This document shows positions 48,956 to 58,004 of a DNA stretch of 64,000 nucleotides, piece after piece. The first letter of the stretch is position 1. Every line of letters starts with the position of its first letter. The stretch covers positions 111,232 to 175,231 of the forward strand of contig JAUQQQ010000002.1 in assembly GCA_030549815.1 (NCBI GenBank). The letters run 5' to 3'. The notes beneath the pieces are model-generated. The model did not search any database. It worked only from the letters and a program-made list of their open reading frames with translations, and had not been told where the DNA came from. This DNA comes from a bacterium (GTDB lineage: Bacteria > DRYD01). A program made the translations under genes and the position numbers.

Positions 48956-50212
48956 TTATAATTTCTTCAAATAATCCTCTCTTACCTCCTTAATTACATT
49001 TTCAAACTTATCAGCAAGGAATTGTATAGAATAGTTTTTTTCTACGAATTTTTTTCCTTTTAATCCCATTTCCTTTCTTTCTTCTTCTGATAAATTCATT
49101 AATTTTTTTATTGCATCTATAACTTCGTCTAAATTTTTTACAGTAATTCCGCATCCAGCTTCTTGAACTATATTATTTGGAACATTTGCAAAGAATATTA
49201 TCGGTTTACCAACAGCCATATAATCAAATAATTTATTACTACTAATGCCATACTTAAAAACATTAGCATCAGCAATATGAAAAATAAAAGCATCAAAAAA
49301 TGAAAGTACTCTATGTATATCATTTTTAGAAAAAGTTTGCTGGAATAAAATAATGTCTTCTAACCCATTTTCTATTATATTCTTTTTAAAATTTTCCTGT
49401 TCGTAACCACTACCCATGATATAAAATTTAACATTCATAGAATTATCCTTAATGTACTTTCCAAGGTTAATCAAAAAGTGCAAATCATTACCTTTTCCCA
49501 TTGCTCCAGCATAACCAATTTTAAGAAATTTACTATCCTCACTTTGGATAGGAGATGTTTCTTTTTCCAATCCTTGGATTCTTTCAACATCAAATCCGTT
49601 GGGTATCCAAATTAGTTTTTTTTCAACCCCGAATTTTTCGAAGTAATTTTTTGAATTTGGCAAAAGTGTAATTATTTTTTGGGCTCTTCTATACAGGAAC
49701 TTTTCCAAAATAGAAAGCAGAAGAATAAATGGATGATACTTACTGATACCCAAATCAATCAGAGTTTGTGGCCAAATATCCCTTATTTCCAAAATAAAAG
49801 GAACATTAAATTTCCTTGATAAAAAATAAGCAGAAAGTGGGGCAAAAAGATGAACAGAAGAGCCAATTATAATATCTGGCTTCTCTTTCTTACCAATCAA
49901 ATTACCAACAATAAAAGATCGATAAGAATAGACTAACATATTAACAACTCTTTTCCAATCGCTTCTTTCATAAGGTGGAGTCTTTATCCAAACAAATTTA
50001 ACAAATGAATCATTATTCTCATAAACTTTTTCCTCGATAAAAAAACTCTTTACGTAATTTTTTGTTTCTTTTAGAAGTAAATAGTGAAAACTTGAAGCAA
50101 AAATGGTAACCTTATGTCCTCTTTTTACTAATTCTTTGGAGAAATCGAAATGTCTTGTAGCGCCCGGAAAATCTGGAGTAGTCGCATAATGATTAAAAAT
50201 CCATATGTTCAT
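48956..50212 (-). CDS. glycosyltransferase family 4
   Basis: MNIWIFNHYATTPDFPGATRHF N-terminus (WbuB/WcaI-like) and a GT4 C-terminal E-x7-E region. Confidence 0.8.
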   Translation of the reverse strand: MNIWIFNHYATTPDFPGATRHFDFSKELVKRGHKVTIFASSFHYLLLKETKNYVKSFFIEEKVYENNDSFVKFVWIKTPPYERSDWKRVVNMLVYSYRSFIVGNLIGKKEKPDIIIGSSVHLFAPLSAYFLSRKFNVPFILEIRDIWPQTLIDLGISKYHPFILLLSILEKFLYRRAQKIITLLPNSKNYFEKFGVEKKLIWIPNGFDVERIQGLEKETSPIQSEDSKFLKIGYAGAMGKGNDLHFLINLGKYIKDNSMNVKFYIMGSGYEQENFKKNIIENGLEDIILFQQTFSKNDIHRVLSFFDAFIFHIADANVFKYGISSNKLFDYMAVGKPIIFFANVPNNIVQEAGCGITVKNLDEVIDAIKKLMNLSEEERKEMGLKGKKFVEKNYSIQFLADKFENVIKEVREDYLKKL

Positions 50213-51489
50213 ATATTAATTTGTTTTCGCATATACTCAACAAATTCCTGATTGTTCTTAGTTTTCTTAATATATTCTATTATTTTCTGTGTAGCTTCTT
50301 CAGGTTCAAGCTTACTTATTAGCCTTCTTAAAGTCCATACCACGTTTAGAGTATTAGAATCAAGAAGCAACTCTTCATGTCTTGTGCCTGACTTGTTTAT
50401 ATCGATGGCCGGAAATATTCTTTTTTCGCTTAAAGTTCTTGATAAATGCAATTCCATATTTCCGGTTCCTTTAAATTCTTCAAATATAACTTCATCCATT
50501 TTACTTCCTGTTTCTACAAGAACAGTAGCAACAATCGTTAAACTTCCACCATTTTCTATTTTTCTCGCAGCTCCAAAGAATTTTTTAGGTCGATAAATAG
50601 CAGAGGTATCTAATCCGCCTGACAATGTTCTACCCGTAGGAGGTAAAACCATATTACAAGCCCTCGTTAACCTTGTTAAACTATCCATAATAATTAAAAC
50701 ATCCTTACCTAATTCGACCATACTCTTAGCCTTTTCAACAGCTAATTCAGTAACCTTAAGATGCTTTTCAGGGACTTCATCAAAAGTAGATTTAACAATT
50801 TCAGCTTTAATCGATCTTGACATATCCGTTACTTCCTCAGGACGCTCATCAACAAGTAATGCTATGACATAAACTTCGGGATGATTACGATTAACAGCTT
50901 GTGCTATTTTCTTAAGCAAAGTTGTTTTACCTGCTCTTGGTGGAGCAACTATCAAAGCACGTTGCCCTTTACCTATTGGAGTAAAAAGATCTATTATCCT
51001 TAAAGAAACATCTCCTGGAATTTCTAAATTCAACTTCTGATGTGGAAAGATAGGGACCAATTTTTCAAAAGGTTGCCTTTTTTGAATTTCATCAGGTGTT
51101 AAATCTGATATTTTAAATATTCTTTGTAAATTTCTGTATTTTTCACCATCCTTAGGTAATCTTGCCCAACCTACAATGTAGTCCCCGCTTCTTAAATTAT
51201 AGCGCTTTATCAATTGTAAAGAAACATAAACATCATCAGGAGAAGGATTATAGAAATCCTTTCTTAAAAAGCCATAATTTTCCAATATTTCCAATGTTCC
51301 TTCAACCTTTTCAAATCCAGTAACCTTAGCTTCATACTCAAGAATATTTCTTATGATATCCTCTTTTGTAGATTTAGAACTAACTTTTATTCCCACAGCC
51401 TTCGCTATTTCTATCAACTCTTCCTTATCAAGTAAGAACAAATTCAATGAAAGTTCAGTGTCATTTTGTAATTCTTTTATTTCTTTCAT
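50209..51489 (-). CDS. rho: transcription termination factor Rho
   Basis: Walker A ppRAGKT, RPKKFFGAAR and LVETGSKMDEVIFEEFKGTGNMEL. The start is placed at MKEIKEL (51489) after a GGAG RBS, because the longer ORF overlaps the upstream gene by 50 nt. Confidence 0.9.
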   Translation of the reverse strand: MKEIKELQNDTELSLNLFLLDKEELIEIAKAVGIKVSSKSTKEDIIRNILEYEAKVTGFEKVEGTLEILENYGFLRKDFYNPSPDDVYVSLQLIKRYNLRSGDYIVGWARLPKDGEKYRNLQRIFKISDLTPDEIQKRQPFEKLVPIFPHQKLNLEIPGDVSLRIIDLFTPIGKGQRALIVAPPRAGKTTLLKKIAQAVNRNHPEVYVIALLVDERPEEVTDMSRSIKAEIVKSTFDEVPEKHLKVTELAVEKAKSMVELGKDVLIIMDSLTRLTRACNMVLPPTGRTLSGGLDTSAIYRPKKFFGAARKIENGGSLTIVATVLVETGSKMDEVIFEEFKGTGNMELHLSRTLSEKRIFPAIDINKSGTRHEELLLDSNTLNVVWTLRRLISKLEPEEATQKIIEYIKKTKNNQEFVEYMRKQINI

Positions 51490-51493
51490 CTTC

Positions 51494-52354
51494 CTACTCC
51501 CATACCACTCTTTGCATTTCTTTGTTATTCCTTTTAACAACAATGTAAATGACTAAAAATAAAGATACAATCAAAAAAATAAAATAAGGTTCAAATTTGA
51601 AATCTCCAAAAATAGGCCCTAAAACAAACATCAAACCAAAGAAAAAATTAATAAATGAAAAAAGATGATAATTTTTCATAACCCACGAAAGAACTCCATA
51701 AACATAAGAAGCAAAGAAAAATAAAAACAAAATCATAATCAACTCATTACTAAAACCAAAAATTAAAGTATATATACCAATAACTAACAACAATAATAGA
51801 GTAGAAGAAAAAGATTTAGATAAAATTAACATATTAACATCATCAAAAATTAAAGCAGTTTTCTTTATCTTTTCTCTATACACTTCAGAAGATACAAATG
51901 AAAAAAGGCTCCACAAACCAAATCCCAACATCATTTTTGAAAAAATATCAATATTATATTCCTCATAATAAACACTAAACTTGATAGGATCAACTAACCC
52001 TTTTTCTGAAAAATATATCTTATAAAACATTAAATTAACAAAAGGGACAAATTTAAGAGCATTAAACTTATTAACTTTAACATTAACTATCCAGTAATTG
52101 GACTGAAGATCTACATTGACAACTAAATCAGGATCATTTCCTGCTATAACTATCTTTCCCGAATAATAGTTATCGACAAAATTTCTTATTTTTTCACTAA
52201 TGTTAATAGGAGCATTTATTTGCATCTTAAATCTTGTATCTATCATAAATTTAGCAAGAAAATAATAAATTACTAAAATAGCACTCATAATTAATATAAA
52301 CCTTGACTTTAATATTAGTAAAAAATCCTTATAAAGAAGGTAAAGAAATTTCAT
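51494..52354 (-). CDS. hypothetical membrane protein
   Basis: Several hydrophobic segments. Sits between rpoZ and rho. Confidence 0.35.
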   Translation of the reverse strand: MKFLYLLYKDFLLILKSRFILIMSAILVIYYFLAKFMIDTRFKMQINAPINISEKIRNFVDNYYSGKIVIAGNDPDLVVNVDLQSNYWIVNVKVNKFNALKFVPFVNLMFYKIYFSEKGLVDPIKFSVYYEEYNIDIFSKMMLGFGLWSLFSFVSSEVYREKIKKTALIFDDVNMLILSKSFSSTLLLLLVIGIYTLIFGFSNELIMILFLFFFASYVYGVLSWVMKNYHLFSFINFFFGLMFVLGPIFGDFKFEPYFIFLIVSLFLVIYIVVKRNNKEMQRVVWE

Positions 52355-52356
52355 AC

Positions 52357-52617
52357 TTAAGGTAAATATTGTTCAGCAATAAGCTTGAGTATATCATCTT
52401 TTTTTTCTTCTTTTTCTAAGATAATTTTTACTTTGTCATTATATATTTCTTCCAATGCTCTTTCAAAAGGTTTTGAGAGTTTATAATTTATGGGAATGAT
52501 AGATTTATTTTCAATTATTTTTTTTGTTCTCAAAGCTGCAGCATTAATAAGAACAAACCTTGAATTAGAAGGAGTCTTCTCTAAGAGTTCATCATTAGGT
52601 GGATAAAATCCTTCCAT
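52357..52617 (-). CDS. rpoZ: DNA-directed RNA polymerase subunit omega
   Basis: SRFVLINAAALRTKKI resembles the RpoZ NRFELVLLAARRARQL core. It sits in the classical position immediately downstream of gmk. Confidence 0.6.
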   Translation of the reverse strand: MEGFYPPNDELLEKTPSNSRFVLINAAALRTKKIIENKSIIPINYKLSKPFERALEEIYNDKVKIILEKEEKKDDILKLIAEQYLP

Positions 52618-52646
52618 AATTCTCTCCTTTCATTTACAGGGATTTT

Positions 52647-53312
52647 TTATTCTGCTTCCCTGTTAGCAGTAATTGAAAGGCTTTGAACTTTTGAACTCAT
52701 TTTCTGGACTTTTAAAATATTTTCGACATCTTCGATGCATTTTCCTAAATCGTCATTAACAACAATATAATCATATGCATTGATATAATTTATTTCAATA
52801 AGAGATGTTGTTATTCTCGTAGCAATTTCATCCATGTTTTCAGTGTTCCTTTTATATAATCTGTTAAGTAATTCCTTACCTGTGGGAGGAATAATATATA
52901 TTAAAGTTGTCGAATTAGGTAGTTTACTTTTTACTTGAATAGCTCCTTTAACATCAATATCGAGAATAACATCTATATTATTTTCTAATTTTGATAAAGT
53001 AATAGATTTTGGTGTGCCGTAGAAATTATCATTAACTACTGCCCATTCCAAAAATTCATCTTTAAGGATCATTTTTTTGAAAGTTTCCTTATCAACGAAG
53101 TGGTAATCCACGCCTTCAACCTCATTTTCTCTTTTCCTTCTTGTTGTGTAAGATACAGAGAAATAGATTTGTGGGTTTCTTGATAAGATTTCCTTAATAA
53201 TAGTTCCTTTACCAACTCCTGAAAAACCAGATATAACGAATAAATGCCCTCTTGTCGTAATATTGAATTTGAATGTTTCAAAAAAATCTATTAATTCGTG
53301 TTTAATATTCAT
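52647..53312 (-). CDS. gmk: guanylate kinase
   Basis: P-loop ISGFSGVGKGT and SVSYTTRRKRENEVEGVDYHFV. Confidence 0.9.
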   Translation of the reverse strand: MNIKHELIDFFETFKFNITTRGHLFVISGFSGVGKGTIIKEILSRNPQIYFSVSYTTRRKRENEVEGVDYHFVDKETFKKMILKDEFLEWAVVNDNFYGTPKSITLSKLENNIDVILDIDVKGAIQVKSKLPNSTTLIYIIPPTGKELLNRLYKRNTENMDEIATRITTSLIEINYINAYDYIVVNDDLGKCIEDVENILKVQKMSSKVQSLSITANREAE

Positions 53313-53347
53313 TTTTTACTGCGATCAGGTTTAATTAGATGGGGGAG

Positions 53348-53420
53348 CTCCAGCGGCAGGACTCGAACCTGCGACCCGGTGCTTAACAGGCACCTGCTCT
53401 ACCACCTGAGCTACGCTGGA
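53348..53420 (-). tRNA. tRNA-Asn (anticodon GTT), 73 nt, CCA not encoded
   Basis: TCCAGCGTAGCTCAGGTGGTAGAGCAGGTGCCTGTTAAGCACCGGGTCGCAGGTTCGAGTCCTGCCGCTGGAG. Cloverleaf with anticodon loop CTGTTAA. Confidence 0.85.
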
Positions 53421-53519
53421 TTACTATCATTATTATATTTCTACAAAAAAAATTATACTCCTTCTTTTTTAATATTATTTATTCTATTTTTATAACAAAT
53501 GCATCTAAATTAAAAACAT

Positions 53520-53740
53520 TGGAACTAAATCCTGTGATATAAACTCTTCCACTTTTATATTGAAGAAGCAAAATCATGAGAATTTCCATCAGCGATATTG
53601 TTTAGAATAACAGCACTGTTGTTATCACCATTTCTGCTTATATCTCTTCCCAACAAACTACCAAATTTGTTTTATGCTTTTCCTACAACATTTAAACCAC
53701 TACCCCAACCTGATATCATTAGTATTACCAATCCTATCAT
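53520..53740 (-). pseudogene. possible decayed ORF remnant in a 650 bp non-coding gap
   Basis: Minus-strand frame reads ..VILMISGWGSGLNVVGKA*NKFGSLLGRDISRNGDNNSAVILNNIADGNSHDFASSI*. It has protein-like composition interrupted by stops and no intact ORF. Confidence 0.2.
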
Positions 53741-54077
53741 TACTAATAAACACAACTACCCACTCTTTTTTCACTATTAATATAGCTTTAAACCAGCCGC
53801 TATTTTCACTATTATAAGTAGGAGTTTCCTACTTGCGTTTGATATTATACTTTTTTATTAGCTAACAACAATAACAAATAATTGATTACAGTTTATACCT
53901 GGATTATTTTACTAATTACTATCCTCTTTTGACCCTCTTTTATATTTCTATAAGCAGAACAAATTTCTTATTTCCCATATTTATGTATAATACATTACAA
54001 AATAAAAAAGGAAAAATTTCTCTCTTCTTTCCTTTTTTCTTTCTTTTTTATCCTCTAACCTATATTTCGTTCTACGT

Positions 54078-54824
54078 TTATTTTTTTATACTTATTCCAG
54101 TAAGATAGAAAAGATAAGGGATAACAAGAGGTAGAGTGCAAGGAGAAAGGAAAAGAAAAATACCAGCAATAAAAGAAACAACAGCAGTAGATAAAGAAAA
54201 ATTTGTTATTTCATAATTCATCTTTTCAAGTAGATCAGTACCCAAACCTAATGATAAAAATATATTTGCTTTTGAAAAGATAATAAGTAATCCTAAAATT
54301 ATAAAAATAACTCCCATAACCCTTTCTAAAAATATAGAAACTTTTGAAAGTTTGCTTATAATATTACCAAAAATAATAACGATAAAAGACACTAATAAAA
54401 AGCTTGTCATTAATCCGGTGGTCATTATTAACAACAAAAGAATAGCAGATAATAAATTTTGCTGATTAGAAAGTAAAGATAGTAACCCTAACATTACAGG
54501 GCCTACACAAGGTGCCCATCCTGCAGTAAAACTAATACCCACAAAAATTGAACCTAAAAAAATACCTAATAACCCCCTCTTACTATCAACCTGATTAACT
54601 TTGTAATCAACAAACTTAAAATATCTACTCAAAAGTGGTATTTTTAAAACATCTAATAAAATAAGCCCAACCATGATCAAAACAATTCCACCAAGATAAG
54701 ATATAAATATTTTTACAGAGTTTATTAAAGATAATCCAATAAAAGGTAAGGAAATTAGAAAAAACATTAGTCCAAAGCCTAAGGAAAAACCTAAAGCAGC
54801 AATTAAAACTCTAATCTTATCCAT
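54078..54824 (-). CDS. ccdA: cytochrome c biogenesis / thiol-disulfide transporter CcdA (DsbD family)
   Basis: Polytopic, with the two signature Cys motifs GWAPCVGP and LSPCTLP. Confidence 0.7.
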   Translation of the reverse strand: MDKIRVLIAALGFSLGFGLMFFLISLPFIGLSLINSVKIFISYLGGIVLIMVGLILLDVLKIPLLSRYFKFVDYKVNQVDSKRGLLGIFLGSIFVGISFTAGWAPCVGPVMLGLLSLLSNQQNLLSAILLLLIMTTGLMTSFLLVSFIVIIFGNIISKLSKVSIFLERVMGVIFIILGLLIIFSKANIFLSLGLGTDLLEKMNYEITNFSLSTAVVSFIAGIFLFLSPCTLPLVIPYLFYLTGISIKK

Positions 54825-56892
54825 CCTTCTTAATATCCTTTCCTTCTAGAAAATCAAGACTAAGCTTTATAAAAATTACTCCTTTTCTTAAATTAATCTC
54901 TGGATCAAAATTAAAACGAAGAGGATAAGTATCAAAATAAACTATAATGATACCTTTAAATACATCTTTATTTGTAATAAATATCTTTTCAGGAAGCTTT
55001 TCCAGTAATTCTTGAAGATCTTCATTATTAATTACATTTTTTTCAATGAAAATGTGGGAGGCAAAAATTCTGTTATTCGAATACTCACTTTTAAAAACAA
55101 AAATCCTTTCATACATTTCTTTATTTGTAATTATTGCATAATTATTATACGAATTTAGAAATAAAAAGAGAGAATTTTCACTCTTAATACTAATTTTAAC
55201 AAAGTGAATAGAATTGGAATATATTTTTTCGACAAATAGTATCCTATCGATTTTCACATTGCTCAAATTAGTTTCTTTTTGCACACTTAAATTTTCAAGA
55301 AATATAAATTTTTCTTTACCCTTGTAATCGATTTTGTTAAACTTTAAAAAAATTTTACTGTCATTTTCTGGAATACTTATTAAAGACTCAACTGGACTAA
55401 TGAAAACTTTATTGTTATCAATTAATAGGTAATTATTATTGACATTAAAAAATTTGTTATTAAAATCTTCTATTTTAATAGTAGGTTTTTCATTATTTTC
55501 TCCAAATGGTTCCATTATGCTAATAATTCTATCTATATTTTTTATGAATTTAGTGAAAAAGTAGGGGGACAATTCTAAATCAACATTTTGTTTATATTTT
55601 AAATTAACTGAGTTTTGAATTTTCTTTCTAAATTCGTCAAAGTTTTTTACACTTATTTCCAATCCTGCTGCTTTTTTATGCCCTCCAAATTTAATAACCA
55701 GTTCCTTGTAGTTTGATATAACATCAGTAATATCGAGCCCATCTATTGGATTTCTTATGGATCCCTTTAATACATCTCCCCTTTTTACAAGAATAAAAGT
55801 TGGTTTTTTATAATGATTAGATATTTTTCCTGCAACTATCCCAACGACACCAAGTTCTAATCCATTTTCCTCTTCAATATAATCCGGAATTATAATACTA
55901 TTGTTATAAAACTCTTTTTCTTGAATATTCTTTATAATTTTATCCAAAATTTTTTTTTGTATTTGTTGCCTTCTAATATTAATATTCTCTATTTCTTGCA
56001 ATTCAGTTTCTATATCTTCCTCTTCATTAGTATATGATTGTTTTATTGTTTTGTATATCAATTTAAAAGATATAAGAGGATCATCTATTCTTCCAGGAGC
56101 ATTTAAGCGTGGAATGATAATGTATGAAAAATGAAATGAATTAGATGGAATTGTTTCTTTTCCATATGCTTTACTAAACATTCTAAAAATAGGGTAAGGA
56201 ATGTATTGACTTCTAAGTAACCCGAACATTTTTTTCACTATTTTTCTATTATCTTCAAGTAAAGGAACAACGTCCGCAATAGTTGCCATTCCCGCTAAAA
56301 AAGTAAAAACCTTTTCCAAAGTTTCATTATTTTTTATCCAATTAAGTAAAAATAGAGACAGCTTATAGACCAAACCAGAAGCACATAAATATCCATATCC
56401 AATATCAAAAAAATGAGGATGCACTATTATATCAGCCTTAGGAACATGATGATCAGGTTTATGATGATCAATAACGATTATTTTTAAACCTTCTTTTTTT
56501 AAGCATTCTATTTCATTATAAGAAGATATACCATTATCAACTGTTATAATAGTATCAATCTTTCCTCTATACTGATTGATTATAAACTCAACTGTATTCT
56601 TATTTAATCCATAACCGTGGCGAAACCTATTAGGTATAAAAACATTTATTTTCTTCTCATTTCCAAATAATTGTTTTAAGACAAAAAAAAGCATAGAAGT
56701 AGAAACTACTCCATCTACATCATAATCCCCTACTATCAAAATTGAATTACTTTTTTTTACAAGATTCAAAAAACTATAGAAATATGGTATTTTTATATCT
56801 TGTGTATAGTGTTGATTTATATACTTTTCTATTTCTTCTTCTGTAAAGTTACGATTTTTGAGAATGTGTTTTAAAAAAATGGAATCCCACAT
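54817..56892 (-). CDS. recJ: single-stranded-DNA-specific exonuclease RecJ
   Basis: DHH motifs GDYDVDGV, TVDNG and IVIDHH, and DHHA1 GGHKKAAG. 691 aa. Confidence 0.85.
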   Translation of the reverse strand: MWDSIFLKHILKNRNFTEEEIEKYINQHYTQDIKIPYFYSFLNLVKKSNSILIVGDYDVDGVVSTSMLFFVLKQLFGNEKKINVFIPNRFRHGYGLNKNTVEFIINQYRGKIDTIITVDNGISSYNEIECLKKEGLKIIVIDHHKPDHHVPKADIIVHPHFFDIGYGYLCASGLVYKLSLFLLNWIKNNETLEKVFTFLAGMATIADVVPLLEDNRKIVKKMFGLLRSQYIPYPIFRMFSKAYGKETIPSNSFHFSYIIIPRLNAPGRIDDPLISFKLIYKTIKQSYTNEEEDIETELQEIENINIRRQQIQKKILDKIIKNIQEKEFYNNSIIIPDYIEEENGLELGVVGIVAGKISNHYKKPTFILVKRGDVLKGSIRNPIDGLDITDVISNYKELVIKFGGHKKAAGLEISVKNFDEFRKKIQNSVNLKYKQNVDLELSPYFFTKFIKNIDRIISIMEPFGENNEKPTIKIEDFNNKFFNVNNNYLLIDNNKVFISPVESLISIPENDSKIFLKFNKIDYKGKEKFIFLENLSVQKETNLSNVKIDRILFVEKIYSNSIHFVKISIKSENSLFLFLNSYNNYAIITNKEMYERIFVFKSEYSNNRIFASHIFIEKNVINNEDLQELLEKLPEKIFITNKDVFKGIIIVYFDTYPLRFNFDPEINLRKGVIFIKLSLDFLEGKDIKKDG

Positions 56893-57972
56893 TTATTTTC
56901 TTTTAGATGAAGCGGAGATTAACCTTTCTAATTCTTCAGGATTGAATGCTGCTGCAAGAGCGTATTCCAAAGATATTAATCCTTGCAAATACAGGTCTCT
57001 GAGGCTTTGGTCGAAAGATATCATTCCATCCTCTGCTCCTGATTGGATTGCGTTTGGTAGCATATGCGTTTTCCCTTCTCTTATTAAATGTCTTACTGCA
57101 GGTGTGCCCGTCATGATTTCCAAAGCCAATACTCTTCCAGAGCCAGTTGCTTTGGGGATCAAATTCTGAAAGATTACACCTTCTAATATCATTGATAACT
57201 GTACTCTAACTTGATTTTGTTGGTGGGGAGGAAAAATATCGATAATTCTATCTACCGCATTGGCACAACCTGTGGTATGTAATGTTCCCAAAACCAAGTG
57301 TCCCGTTTCTGCTGCAGTAATTGCAGTTTGTGTAGTTTCAAAATCTCTTAGCTCACCGACCAGAATAACATCAGGATCCTGTCGCAAAGCCGATTTAAGG
57401 GCATTTGCAAAACTATGAGTATCCGAACCAAGCTCCCTTTGGGAAATAATAGCTAATTTATCCTTGTGTAAAAACTCTATAGGATCCTCAATAGTTATAA
57501 TATGGCACTTCCTGTTAGAATTAATATGATCTATCATTGCGGCCAATGTTGTTGATTTTCCTGATCCTGTTGGTCCTGTAACTAAGACTAATCCCCTTGG
57601 CCTTAATGCCAAATATTTAAATATATCAGGTAATTCAAGTTCATCTATGGAAAAAGGTCTTGATGGAATTATTCTTACTGCCAAGGCCCAAGAATTTCTC
57701 TGAAAATAAGCATTACATCTAAACCTGGCTAATCCTGGGACAGAATAAGCAAAATCCAACTCTCTTTCAGCAACAAGCTTTGCCTTTTGTTGCTCTGTAA
57801 TCATACTTTCTATTATTTTTCTTATTGCATTAGGCGGAAGCACTTGTGGAATAGCAGGTTCTAATTCTCCATCTATTCTCAACATTGGAGGAGAGCCAGC
57901 TTTTAAATGTAAATCACTGGCATTTTTCTCTACCATCATTTTTAACAAAACATCTATTGGATTTTCTTGCAT
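56893..57972 (-). CDS. pilT: type IV pilus retraction ATPase PilT
   Basis: N-terminal ASDLHLKAGSPPMLRIDGEL, Walker A GPTGSGKST and a His box. 359 aa. Confidence 0.85.
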   Translation of the reverse strand: MQENPIDVLLKMMVEKNASDLHLKAGSPPMLRIDGELEPAIPQVLPPNAIRKIIESMITEQQKAKLVAERELDFAYSVPGLARFRCNAYFQRNSWALAVRIIPSRPFSIDELELPDIFKYLALRPRGLVLVTGPTGSGKSTTLAAMIDHINSNRKCHIITIEDPIEFLHKDKLAIISQRELGSDTHSFANALKSALRQDPDVILVGELRDFETTQTAITAAETGHLVLGTLHTTGCANAVDRIIDIFPPHQQNQVRVQLSMILEGVIFQNLIPKATGSGRVLALEIMTGTPAVRHLIREGKTHMLPNAIQSGAEDGMISFDQSLRDLYLQGLISLEYALAAAFNPEELERLISASSKRK

Positions 57973-58004
57973 ACTACCTCACCCTCCTTTTAATTAATTA
58001 TCAA

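Noticed and set aside
53598-53780. 60-aa plus-strand ORF in the ccdA-tRNA gap
   Set aside because: It has no RBS, low-complexity composition and no homology signal. The opposite strand carries the more protein-like, though decayed, frame.
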